DNA from: Opitutia bacterium
Lineage (GTDB): Bacteria > Verrucomicrobiota > Verrucomicrobiia > Opitutales > T3Sed10-336
Direction: 5' to 3'
DNA length: 16,895 bases
Assembly (NCBI GenBank): GCA_050506795.1
Contig: JBJHCF010000067.1
Coordinates: forward strand, 1-16,895
The notes under the pieces were generated by a model that saw only the letters and a program-made list of their open reading frames with translations, searched no databases and had not been told where the DNA came from. Numbering within the stretch: the stretch's first letter is position 1; the number at the start of each line of letters is the position of its first letter. Position numbers and translations under genes: made by a program. Below, in pieces: positions 1 to 9,062 of this stretch.

Positions 1-3000
1 CGTCGCCGACGTATTCAATCGGCAGTGACACGTATCGCCCTTCCAACAGAGCTTTCACCCGTGGCCCCGACACAATCAGCATCTCCGTCGGAGATCCAGT
101 TCCGGAGAGAATCGCCCCTCCGGAGCCCACCGCTATCCAGGGATCAGCTTCCACGGCCAATCCCGAATAAACGTTCGGCCACTCCCCAAGCTCGTGCCAA
201 TTTTCGCCGTCGTCGAAAGACACCAGCAACGCTCCCGTTTCAGTGGAGTCGCCAGACGTGTTGGCAGCCAAAGCCAGAAATGTCTTGTCCGAGTACACCA
301 CGTCCCGGAACGCATCCACCCCCGGTACCGTCCGAATTTCCCAGGTCAACCCATCATCGGAAAGAGCGACCTCTCCGGAGTCGGAAACCGCCACGTAACG
401 CCCGTTTCCGTACGCAATGCCCTGAAACGCGCCGCTTGCCGAGGTCAGAATCCGTTGCCAGCGCGGCCGGCCAAACGTTGATTCCAGGCTCTCTTCAAGA
501 GTTACACCGCCCCACTCGCCCACCGCGACCAGCTGCGGCCCCTGGGTCACGGCCTGCAGGTGGACTGAAAAAGTGGCGATATGAACAACCCATGACAAAC
601 CGTCGCTTGACCAAAGAACCCTGTTGCCGTCACCCACGGCGACAAAAGCCCCGCCAAGATAGCGAACGCTCCTCAGTGCGGTGTTGATCGGGACGGCGAC
701 ACTCATCCAGTTGACCGCGTCGGTCGAGGTCAGCACCGTGCCATGATCCCCAACAACCACAAACCGTTGCCCGCCATAAGCCACCGAGAACAGGTCGTGC
801 GGAACATCCGCGGATACCGGTTCCCAAATCTCGCGATCAGTCGAACGCAGAATGAGACCTCCTTCACCAACCGCCACATATTCATCACCATTCGTGGCGA
901 TCCCATGCAGCGTCTCGGCAACTCCCGAAGTCAGGGCGGCGCCTCCGGAGTTGTAGACCGTAACGGCCACCGTCTTGCGCACAGTCCCGTAGGCGTTCGC
1001 CAGGTCGAAAACGATCTCATAAAACCCGGCCGGCAATTCGCCGGAAAATTCTCCGGAGCCAGGATCGAATTCAATCCCATCGGGGAGGCTCACCGTGGTG
1101 ACCTCAACCGGGAGCCCATTGCCATCGTAGCGTATGGAGTATTGCAGCGACTCCCGCGGACCAATGGCCAGGTGTGACTCACTCTTCAGCACGGGGAGCG
1201 GCCCCGTAGCCGGGTGCACTTGAATTCGCAACAACGCCGTTTCCACCCAACCGGTGGCATTGCTCGCTCCGATAGTGACCTCAAACTCACCGGCAAGCAC
1301 GGGCACGCCGCTGATCGTTCCGGTAATCGCGTCGAGCACGAGGCCGGGAGGCAGACCGGCGCCGTAAAACCGAAGGGGGAAACGAGAAGCTTCGACCTGG
1401 TACCAGGTATCGCGCCCGACCACCGCGCTGTGAGCCAGTGGGCTCAAAACCTCCGACGCGAGAGACGCCTGATAAACCGTGGCGGAACCCGATCCGTTGA
1501 ACAATCCGCCACCGGAGTGAGAGATGACACGCACCTGAGGCAGGCCCACCGTTTCCAAACCGGCGAAGCGCCACCGATCGGCGTCGATATGGCCCGGACC
1601 TACTGAAATCCAGTGTGCGCCGTCGATACTCGCTTCGAGATGGGCGGCTCCGGGCCAGGGCGCCGATCCTCCAATCTCCAACACGATCCCGCGCGCATCG
1701 ATCCGCAACCCGGCCTCCGAAGAGTCGCCGAAGATCCTCAACAGGTTGGCTCCCTGCAAGGGTCCGACGAATTCTCCCGTCACAACCAGGCTACCATCCG
1801 CGAGACCGGTTACCCCGCGAACCTGATCCGACCCCGCCAGGCTGTCGAGCGGGGCAAATGAATCGTCCACGGCGCCATCGGATCCGACGCGGGCCAGCCC
1901 CATCGTATCCACTCCGGAGATACGCGAAAAGGCTCCCGCCAGGATGAGATCACCGTCCGCGCGCACTACAAGCGAACGTACCGGGCCGTCCGGACCGTCT
2001 CCGAGCCCCTGATTGAACGAGGCGTCGATCTGCCCATCCTCATCAAACCGAACCAGCCGGCCGGCTTCCGCTCCGTCGAACACGGTAAACTCCCCGGCGG
2101 CCACGATCCGGTTTTCCGGATCCCGACTCAGGGCGAATACATCGCCGTCGGGTCCGTCTCCGAGGGCAAGAGCAAAGGACTCATTCGGCTCTCCCTCCGC
2201 GTTGATACGAACCAGCCGATTGGCGGGTTGGCCGCCAAAGGCGCTGAATCCACCGGCCAGCAGCCAATCCCCATCAGCCAGAGGAAGGGCGGAATACACC
2301 GGGCCGTCCGAGCCGGCGAAAACCGACGCCAGACTTCCGTCGGATTCAAGCAACGCCAGGTTGCCGGTCGGCTCCCCGTTCACCGAAACGAACTCCCCCC
2401 AGACCATTATCCGGCCATCGCCACACTCATACATTCCGTAAACGGTCCCGGCAAAACCCTCTCCCAGATTGTCGGCAAAAGCGGCGTCCCAATTTTCCAG
2501 GCTATCGAGACGGGCCAGTCCCCCGGCGACTCCCGCCCTGAGCCGGCTCCGAAATTCACCTCCTACCAGCATCCCGCCGTCCCGCTGCCAACGGAACGCG
2601 GTGACCGCGCCTCCCAGCGCGTTTCCGGTCGCCGGATTCCAAGACTCCGCCAAACGGCCGTCAGCGTCCACCCGCACCAACCGGCGCACCGCGACACTGT
2701 TGAATTCATCAAAATCGCCTCCCAGGTAAAGGTCCCCGTCCGGGGACGCCGCGATCGCATAGAGCACTCCGTTCGCTCCCAATCCCAGGCGATCACTAAA
2801 AAGGAGATCCAACTCATCCGGGCCCTCTGAAACCGCGAGTACCTGGAACTCCCGTTCCACCGGATCCGCCGGCAAATAGAATCCATCGCCCGCCTGGGAA
2901 GCGGTGATCGTGGTTTCGCCGCTGGCGTGCACGGTTACCTGGTTTCCGGAAACCGAAGCCACGGCTGGATTGGAACTGGTGAAGGTCACCGGCAGTCCGC

Positions 3001-6000
3001 TGTCGGCCTCAGCAGTGACCGGGAATGGATCGGAGCCCAAGAGCCTGGGTGCCAGTTCACCAAACGAAATCGTCTGTGACACCCGCTCGACCGTTAACTC
3101 CCGGCTAACCGGATTCGCCGGCGCGTAATGCTCGTCGCCGGCCTGGACCGCGGTGAGAATCGTCCGACCCGGACGGTGAACGGTAACCGTCCCCTCATCG
3201 ACCGAGGCCACCTCCGGATTCGAACTGAAAAACACCAAAGGCAATCCGCTGCCGACCGATGCTTCCGGCACAAACGGCGCCGCGGTGAAGGGCCGGGGAT
3301 TCATCGCCGCGAAATCGATGGACTGAGGCTCCCGGCCGGGGAGCCAATTTTTTTCGTACAACCCCGATGAGGTGCCAACCGTCGTGCGGGCCAAAGCACG
3401 CACCTGATCGAAATTGCTCCAATCCACACCCTCCAGGCGCCAACCGCGGTCGATATATTCTCCCCAACCGAGATCAACCCAAGGGTCCTCTCCCGACTTC
3501 CCCTGAAAGGACACCGCTTGCGGCACCGGGGCGGTGCCGACCGAGAACCAGTGCAGACGATCTCCTTCGTTCGCCAGGAATACCATTCCAGGGTCGTTGT
3601 TCAAGCGGATCAGGTTTTTCGGAATCCTTTGGAAGCCGTCGAAACGATCGAACGAACCCCCGATCCAAATTTTCCCGTCTTCCTGCAGTGCGATCCGCGA
3701 CACTCCGCCGGTGGTGCCCGAACCGATGGAATCACTTACCACCGTATCCACGGATCCGTCACGCTGCAAGCGCACCAGACCCTGCGGCAGACCGCTCCGA
3801 TCGCCCACCCGATTGACAGTGCCCGGGATCAGGAGCCGGCCATCTCCCTGCAACACGGGAAAACTCGGCGAGCCGCCCAGATCGTAAACCGGCGCCCCGG
3901 ATTCGTCCTCCATAAGGTGACCGTCGGAATCGAGCCAGACCATCGAACCGGCCTCCCGACCGTCGAAGGCCAGGCCGCCGCTCAGGAGAATGCCGCCGTC
4001 CGGCAGGACCGAAAGCATGAATACATTTCCCGCCGGCCCGGCGCCGATCGCGTCCAGGAATTCGCTGTCGACTGAACCATCCGGCAACAGGCGGACCAGG
4101 CGCGGGACCTCCACACCATTGAACTCGGTAAAGTCTCCCCCGAGGAGAATACCGCCATTGGGTTGGACCACAACGTTGCGCACCCGGTTGTTGGCACCGG
4201 TGCCGATCCCGGCCAGAAAGGTTTCGTCAAGGGAACCGTCAGAGTGCAACCGGACCACCCTCCCGGCGCGTTGGCCGTCAAAGAAGGTGAACTGACCAGC
4301 GACCAGAACCTTGCCATCGGATTGCAGCGCCAGGCTGAGGACCTCGTTGTTCGCTGAAGAACCACGGTTCTGCCTGAACGCTTCATCCACGCTTCCGTCG
4401 CCCTGCAAACGCACCACCCTCCCTGCCGTAACGCCGGAAAAAGCAGTGAATGTTCCACCGAGAAGCAGGCCGCCGTCCCTGTCCACAATAACCGCGTTGA
4501 TCGCGTTGTTGGCCCCGCTGCCGGTATTGGCCACAAAATCCTCGTCGACCGTGCCGTTGGGAAAGAGTCGCACAATCCGCCCCACCGCGACTCCGTCGAA
4601 ATCGCCGAGCACGCCCCCGACCACCAGCTTTCCGTCCGGCTGGAAGGCGATGGTTCTGACGCCGTGCGCGGCGCCGGTTCCCAGGTTGTAATTGAAAGCC
4701 AAATCCATGGTTCCCGCGGCGACAGGCGGATCGATGACCTCGAGAACTCTCGTCACCGGCGCCGCCGGAAGAAAATTCTCATCTCCCGGCTGCGAAGCGG
4801 TCACCTCTACAACGCCGATCATGTGGGGAACAAGCGCCCCATTCTCGATGGAGACGATTCCCGGATCCGAGCTGCTGAATTCAATCGGCAATCCCGTCTC
4901 CCGGGTGGGGAATCCGCTGCGCGACAAGGCTTCAAGCACCACCGGCGGCGCATTAACGGGTATCGGATCCAGCACGGGAAAATTGATGGTCTGTTGCGCT
5001 TTTTCGATTACCAGAACCCGGGTGACCGGCGGCGCCGCCTCGTAGTGCTCGTTCCCCTCCTGAAAGGCCGTGATTTCGACCTCGCCGGCGCCGTGCGCCA
5101 CCACCCCGTTTCCCTCGATCGAGGCCAGTTCGGGATCCGAACTGACAAATGACACTGGAAGTCCGCTGCTGGCGGAGGCTTCCAGGTTGACGAGCGGAAA
5201 GTTGTAGGTGTGCCGGTAAGTCACCGTCGGCAACGCATCGAAGGCGATGGTTTGCGCCCCCTTCTCCACCACCAACTCCCGGGAAACGGCCGGCGCCGGA
5301 GCAAAGGTTTCGTTGCCTGCCTGGTAAGCGGTGATCGTCGTGCTGCCGGCGCCGTTGATTTGCACCTGTCCCCGGACCACCGAGGCCACGCTGGAATCCG
5401 AGCTGATAAACTGAACCGGCAGCCCACTGGATGCCGCCGCCGCCGGCACGAACGGATCCACTCCGACGGATCGATCGGCCAGGGCCGGGAAATCGATTTC
5501 CTGGCTTTCCTCCGCCAGAATCACCTCCGCCGCCACCAGGCTCACACCGCGATTGGATGGGGTCAGTGCCAGCGACCGGACCCGGTCCCAGGGGGAGAGG
5601 TCGATTTCGGCCAACTCCCAGTAGTCCGCCGTACGGACTCCTTCGCCCAGATCGATCCAATCTCCGTCGCCCGCGGCACCCTGAAAGATCACACCGTGAG
5701 CCTCCCCGGCGCCTCCGCCGCGAATCAGACGCAGACCGTCGTCAACAGCCCACAGAAACTCCCCGGCATCGAATCCCGCCACCCGGGTTATCCCAAGGCC
5801 TCCGTTCCCGTCCGACCGGGAGAACGAACCGATCACGACGATCGAGCCGTCAGCCTGCACGGCGGTCCCGGAGACCTGGCCAAATCCAATCGAGAATCGG
5901 TTGTGAAATTCCACGACCGCACTTCCATTGGTATTGAGAAAGGCTATTCTACTGGTCGAAGGTTGCACCCCTGATGAGGAAAAATCACCGGTCACGAGGA

Positions 6001-7030
6001 GCCGGCCATCCTCCATGTGCTGCATGCGACGGACGTTGTTACTGAACACGTCCCAACGGGTCGCCATATAGTCCTCGTCAGGCATCCCGTCGGGCAAAGC
6101 TTTCAGAAAATACCGGTATTGAATATCTCCCTGAAAGCGAAAAAACTCGCCACCCGCGTAAAAGTGATCGTCGGGCAACGGCACCACTACCTGCAAGGTG
6201 TGATTGAACCCCCCGACCTGCCCTTCGACAAAGTCTCCATCCACCGTACCGTCTGGGTGAAGGCGCGTCAGGTAGGGTGAACCCGTATACCCGGAGGCGG
6301 TGAGAGAACTTCCGCTCAGCCACAACCGCCCCTGGCGGTCGATGGCGATGGAGTTAACGGTCGGCAGAGCGGGCGGATGAAAGGTGCCAGTCAGATTGGC
6401 GTTGAATGCCGTATCGGGCGTACCGTCCGCATTCAACCGAACCAGGCCGGCCAGTCCGTGGAAATCGCGAAAACGCCCGCCGATCAGGAGGCCGCCATCG
6501 GGCTGGGGCACAACACTGTGCACCGCTCCGTTCGGACCGGCCCCCAGTGCAGTCAGAAAATCCTGGTCCAGCGATCCATCGGAATGCAGGCGCACCAGGA
6601 AATTCGCGCTCTGACCATCGAATGCTTCAAACGATCCCACGACCACAATCCCGCCGTTTGGCTGCACCGCGACGGCAATTACGGCTCCGTCGAATCCCAT
6701 CCCCATCGCCTGAATAAACGGCTCGTCCAACGATCCATCCGGCATCAGGCGCGCCAGGCGAGGCGCCGGGGCGCCGTTGAATTCCGTGAACGAACCGCCG
6801 ACCAGCAGCTTGCCGTCGGGCTGCAACGCCACCGCGGTCGCCGGGGCGGAGAACCCGGCGCCTATCGCGTCGATAAACGCGTCGTCCCGTTCCCCGGGAA
6901 GACTCCCCGCGACCGCGTCGGAAAAGATCACGGCCCCCAGCAAAGACAGCACGGCCGGCCAGAACGTCGCCGCACGATTCACGGCACGACGGCACAGCGG
7001 ATACAGAAAGGGTGTTCGGGTATCAAACAT
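1..7030 (-). CDS. Giant secreted delta-60 (DUF5122) repeat / Ig-like domain surface protein, 3'-truncated by the window edge (>=2343 aa)
   Basis: Manual translation from ATG at 7030 stays in one frame to base 2 with no stop found, which explains its absence from the ORF track. N-terminus MFDTRTPFLYPLCRRAVNRAATFWPAVLSLLGAVIFSDAVA-G looks like a signal peptide. Delta-60-type blades (e.g. AVALQPDGKLLVGGSFTEFNGAPAPRLARLMPDGSLDEPF) occur in three blocks at about 6900-5770, 4720-3600 and 2810-1730. Ig-like units (QxIxF...ASSGLPVxFxSSxPxVAxV...ITAxQxGxxxYxxAxPVxRxLxV) occur three times at about 5505-4735 and twice at about 3330-2830. He_PIG-like units (GLPPGLVLDAITGTISGVP; SLPDGIEFDPGSGEFSG) lie at about 1440-955. 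BNR/YCF48-like blades (VAVGxxGxILxSxDGxxW) lie at about 940-100. Domain boundaries are approximate. Confidence 0.92.
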   Translation of the reverse strand, partial: MFDTRTPFLYPLCRRAVNRAATFWPAVLSLLGAVIFSDAVAGSLPGERDDAFIDAIGAGFSAPATAVALQPDGKLLVGGSFTEFNGAPAPRLARLMPDGSLDEPFIQAMGMGFDGAVIAVAVQPNGGIVVVGSFEAFDGQSANFLVRLHSDGSLDQDFLTALGAGPNGAVHSVVPQPDGGLLIGGRFRDFHGLAGLVRLNADGTPDTAFNANLTGTFHPPALPTVNSIAIDRQGRLWLSGSSLTASGYTGSPYLTRLHPDGTVDGDFVEGQVGGFNHTLQVVVPLPDDHFYAGGEFFRFQGDIQYRYFLKALPDGMPDEDYMATRWDVFSNNVRRMQHMEDGRLLVTGDFSSSGVQPSTSRIAFLNTNGSAVVEFHNRFSIGFGQVSGTAVQADGSIVVIGSFSRSDGNGGLGITRVAGFDAGEFLWAVDDGLRLIRGGGAGEAHGVIFQGAAGDGDWIDLGEGVRTADYWELAEIDLSPWDRVRSLALTPSNRGVSLVAAEVILAEESQEIDFPALADRSVGVDPFVPAAAASSGLPVQFISSDSSVASVVRGQVQINGAGSTTITAYQAGNETFAPAPAVSRELVVEKGAQTIAFDALPTVTYRHTYNFPLVNLEASASSGLPVSFVSSDPELASIEGNGVVAHGAGEVEITAFQEGNEHYEAAPPVTRVLVIEKAQQTINFPVLDPIPVNAPPVVLEALSRSGFPTRETGLPIEFSSSDPGIVSIENGALVPHMIGVVEVTASQPGDENFLPAAPVTRVLEVIDPPVAAGTMDLAFNYNLGTGAAHGVRTIAFQPDGKLVVGGVLGDFDGVAVGRIVRLFPNGTVDEDFVANTGSGANNAINAVIVDRDGGLLLGGTFTAFSGVTAGRVVRLQGDGSVDEAFRQNRGSSANNEVLSLALQSDGKVLVAGQFTFFDGQRAGRVVRLHSDGSLDETFLAGIGTGANNRVRNVVVQPNGGILLGGDFTEFNGVEVPRLVRLLPDGSVDSEFLDAIGAGPAGNVFMLSVLPDGGILLSGGLAFDGREAGSMVWLDSDGHLMEDESGAPVYDLGGSPSFPVLQGDGRLLIPGTVNRVGDRSGLPQGLVRLQRDGSVDTVVSDSIGSGTTGGVSRIALQEDGKIWIGGSFDRFDGFQRIPKNLIRLNNDPGMVFLANEGDRLHWFSVGTAPVPQAVSFQGKSGEDPWVDLGWGEYIDRGWRLEGVDWSNFDQVRALARTTVGTSSGLYEKNWLPGREPQSIDFAAMNPRPFTAAPFVPEASVGSGLPLVFFSSNPEVASVDEGTVTVHRPGRTILTAVQAGDEHYAPANPVSRELTVERVSQTISFGELAPRLLGSDPFPVTAEADSGLPVTFTSSNPAVASVSGNQVTVHASGETTITASQAGDGFYLPADPVEREFQVLAVSEGPDELDLLFSDRLGLGANGVLYAIAASPDGDLYLGGDFDEFNSVAVRRLVRVDADGRLAESWNPATGNALGGAVTAFRWQRDGGMLVGGEFRSRLRAGVAGGLARLDSLENWDAAFADNLGEGFAGTVYGMYECGDGRIMVWGEFVSVNGEPTGNLALLESDGSLASVFAGSDGPVYSALPLADGDWLLAGGFSAFGGQPANRLVRINAEGEPNESFALALGDGPDGDVFALSRDPENRIVAAGEFTVFDGAEAGRLVRFDEDGQIDASFNQGLGDGPDGPVRSLVVRADGDLILAGAFSRISGVDTMGLARVGSDGAVDDSFAPLDSLAGSDQVRGVTGLADGSLVVTGEFVGPLQGANLLRIFGDSSEAGLRIDARGIVLEIGGSAPWPGAAHLEASIDGAHWISVGPGHIDADRWRFAGLETVGLPQVRVISHSGGGLFNGSGSATVYQASLASEVLSPLAHSAVVGRDTWYQVEASRFPLRFYGAGLPPGLVLDAITGTISGVPVLAGEFEVTIGASNATGWVETALLRIQVHPATGPLPVLKSESHLAIGPRESLQYSIRYDGNGLPVEVTTVSLPDGIEFDPGSGEFSGELPAGFYEIVFDLANAYGTVRKTVAVTVYNSGGAALTSGVAETLHGIATNGDEYVAVGEGGLILRSTDREIWEPVSADVPHDLFSVAYGGQRFVVVGDHGTVLTSTDAVNWMSVAVPINTALRSVRYLGGAFVAVGDGNRVLWSSDGLSWVVHIATFSVHLQAVTQGPQLVAVGEWGGVTLEESLESTFGRPRWQRILTSASGAFQGIAYGNGRYVAVSDSGEVALSDDGLTWEIRTVPGVDAFRDVVYSDKTFLALAANTSGDSTETGALLVSFDDGENWHELGEWPNVYSGLAVEADPWIAVGSGGAILSGTGSPTEMLIVSGPRVKALLEGRYVSLPIEYVGD

Positions 7031-7238
7031 GGGAGGTTAAAAGAAGGTTTGGGTTATCGTTTTGACAACGAACAAAAACGTAGCAGGAGCGAGAATCGAC
7101 GGCGGCTTTTCAGGCTCACGCCGTCAACCGGGCGCCATTGGACAAGAATCTTTTTGGCGCAAACTGGCAAACCTTTTCCCTCACGCCCGGTCTCGTTGAG
7201 CGTGAACAACGCCGGACCTTACCTGGAAATCGCCGCTC

Positions 7239-7676
7239 TCAGCGCAGTTCCGGCGGGGGCGGGCGGCCGGAGTGCCAGTGGCCGTGGCCGGGATCCCAAT
7301 GGCGGTCGTTGACCGGATCGTACTCCCAGGGGACGGGGATTCCGGTCCACGGCGACGCCGGTCGATTCCGTTCCGGAGGCGGCCCGTCATGCCAATGCCC
7401 GTGGGTGGGATCCCAGTGGCGATCATTGGCTTCGTCATATTCCCAGGCGGCGGGAGGCGGCTCCGGAGGAGACGACCACGGGCGGGTAATGCCCAAAACG
7501 ATGATCCCGACGAGCAGGCAGACAAAAAGGATCAAACGCAAAAACGCCGGCCGATTCCGGCCGGAGCGGGCGTCATCCGCCGCATGGTTCTCCTCTCTCG
7601 CCGCTCCGTCGGAACGCGCGCGGGCTTGATTTCCATGCGCGCCGCCGTGCCGATTTTTCTTTTTCCGTGGTGCCAT
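7239..7676 (-). CDS. Hypothetical single-pass membrane protein with two His/Trp-rich repeats (about 145 aa)
   Basis: Part of track ORF 7239..8003. The start was moved to ATG 7676 because the longer form overlaps the psd 3' end. It has a basic N-terminus (MAPRKKKNRH), one TM helix (FLRLILFVCLLVGIIVLGI), a Pro linker and two copies of WEYDxxNDRHWDPxHGHWHxGxPP. Confidence 0.8.
   Translation of the reverse strand: MAPRKKKNRHGGAHGNQARARSDGAAREENHAADDARSGRNRPAFLRLILFVCLLVGIIVLGITRPWSSPPEPPPAAWEYDEANDRHWDPTHGHWHDGPPPERNRPASPWTGIPVPWEYDPVNDRHWDPGHGHWHSGRPPPPELR
7257..7445 (-). repeat. Intragenic duplication of a 24-codon His/Trp-rich unit (7374-7445 and 7257-7328, 117-nt period)
   Basis: WEYDEANDRHWDPTHGHWHDGPPP versus WEYDPVNDRHWDPGHGHWHSGRPP. 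Several codons differ at silent positions while the W/H/D residues are kept. Confidence 0.9.
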
Positions 7677-7840
7677 GAAACAAAGATTCGCACGATGACC
7701 CGAAAAACACAAAAGCAATGTTCCCCTTTGGCCGCGGCCGAACCAGGAACCAATCCCTAAACAGATTGGGTCGAGGAGCGTGGGGGAAAAGCGGTGGAAT
7801 GAAGGGATGAAATCATGGCGGGTATCCTGCCCGGCACGGT

Positions 7841-7866
7841 TTCGTGCAATTCGCGCAATTCGTGGT
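7841..7866. repeat. Period-9 short tandem repeat (TTCGTGCAA TTCGCGCAA TTCGTGGT) just downstream of the psd stop
   Basis: Seen directly in the intergenic sequence. No inverted partner arm was found nearby. Confidence 0.55.
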
Positions 7867-7896
7867 CGAGAGTTTCCTGACCGAGGGCCATTCAGA

Positions 7897-8802
7897 CTAA
7901 GCCCGGCTGACTCCCAGGCGGTCACCCATGCGGGCGTAGGTTTCCAGGCCCTGGGCGGAGTTGCGCACCAGGTCGTCGTCGAAACGGATGCGGCCGGGCT
8001 CAAAGAGCAGGATCACGCAGGAACCGCCGAATTGAAAGTAGCCCTTTTCCTGTCCACGGCCGATTTCGCCGCCTTCGGGATAGGTTTGCACCACGCTGCC
8101 CACACAGGTGGCGCCGATCTCCAGGTAGAGGACCTGACCGAAATGTTCGGCATCCAGCCGGGTCACGAAACGGCGGTTCCGCCAAAGAAACGACAAGCGC
8201 CGCCGCAGGGCGTAAGGACTGACGGAATAAAGGTCGCCCGGAATCTCTTCAGCCCGGCCGGCAGTCCCGGCGCAGGGGAAGTGAAACCGGTGATAATCCA
8301 CCGGGCATAATCGAGAGACGGTCAGTGAGCCTCCGGCATAACGGGCGGCAAGAGCATTGTCACCCAGGAGTTCCGGCAGGGAAAAGGTTTGTCCCTTGGC
8401 GTAAACCCCTTCCACCGCGTTCAAGTCCGGAAAAACCAGGTGCCTCCCGTCGGCCGGGAACACCGCCGTCTCCGGACCGCCGTTCAACGGACGGGCTTCC
8501 GGTTTCAGTTTTCGCGAGAAAAAGGCGTTGAAATCGGAATAGGTCTCCGCCGGTTCGGCAAACTCCGATTCGTCGAGCCCGTAATCCCGGATAAAGGGCC
8601 GTATACGGGCGCGACTGCCCGGCCGGCTCATTCGCCAGCCGAACAAACGGGAGAAAAACGCCCGTTTGACCAACGTTTCCAGGAGAAACGTCCCGGGAGC
8701 CGTCCCGTAGGTCCAGCGCAGCCAGAGTCCTCCGTAAACCTTCTCCTCCCGCCGTTCGCCCCGGTAACGATCGACGTAAACAATGCCCTCCGATTCCTTC
8801 AT
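7897..8802 (-). CDS. psd: Phosphatidylserine decarboxylase proenzyme
   Basis: Motifs FNAFFSRKLKPEARP, FPADG, RLCPVDYHRFHFP, EIGATCVGS and the autocleavage/pyruvoyl site KGYFQFGGS. ATG at 8802 (301 aa) is preferred over the track start at 8814. Confidence 0.95.
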   Translation of the reverse strand: MKESEGIVYVDRYRGERREEKVYGGLWLRWTYGTAPGTFLLETLVKRAFFSRLFGWRMSRPGSRARIRPFIRDYGLDESEFAEPAETYSDFNAFFSRKLKPEARPLNGGPETAVFPADGRHLVFPDLNAVEGVYAKGQTFSLPELLGDNALAARYAGGSLTVSRLCPVDYHRFHFPCAGTAGRAEEIPGDLYSVSPYALRRRLSFLWRNRRFVTRLDAEHFGQVLYLEIGATCVGSVVQTYPEGGEIGRGQEKGYFQFGGSCVILLFEPGRIRFDDDLVRNSAQGLETYARMGDRLGVSRA

Positions 8803-8902
8803 TAAGCGCAGCAAAACGGAATGGCGCGCCGTTGTCCACCGGGATGGCTTGCCTCCGGATAAATTCGTCCTCTAATCTCCACCTCCCCCATTGATCCTGC
8901 CC

Positions 8903-8998
8903 ATGAAACTCTTTCAGCTTACCCGCCGCGAAAAGAAAACCCTCTCCGTGCTGCTCCTCCTGCTCTTGCTGGGATTTGTCGGCCTGCTAGTGCTCTAG
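8903..8998 (+). CDS. Putative 31-aa small membrane protein (MKLFQLTRREKKTLSVLLLLLLLGFVGLLVL)
   Basis: ATG 8903 to TAG 8998, divergent from psd. Basic N-terminus followed by about 18 uninterrupted non-polar residues, with mostly GC-ending Leu codons (CTC/CTG). It is below the ORF-track size cutoff. Confidence 0.6.
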   Translation: MKLFQLTRREKKTLSVLLLLLLLGFVGLLVL

Positions 8999-9062
8999 CG
9001 GGAATGGCACTCGGTTGAGACGATGGTTCGAAGAAGCTTAGCCTAATCGCATCGGTCGTTCC

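Noticed and set aside
7098..7126. Intrinsic terminator between the His-repeat gene and the giant gene (GACGGCG...CGCCGTC)
   Set aside because: The stem is imperfect and has no convincing U-tract on the minus strand.
25..7312. Dozens of short plus- and minus-strand ORFs in the track over the left 7 kb
   Set aside because: They are antisense or off-frame shadows of the single giant minus-strand CDS. The translations are Arg/Pro-rich and have no recognisable motifs.
7677..8003. N-terminal extension of the His-repeat ORF as given in the track (start 8003)
   Set aside because: It overlaps the psd 3' end and runs through an intergenic repeat. ATG 7676 gives a coherent protein.
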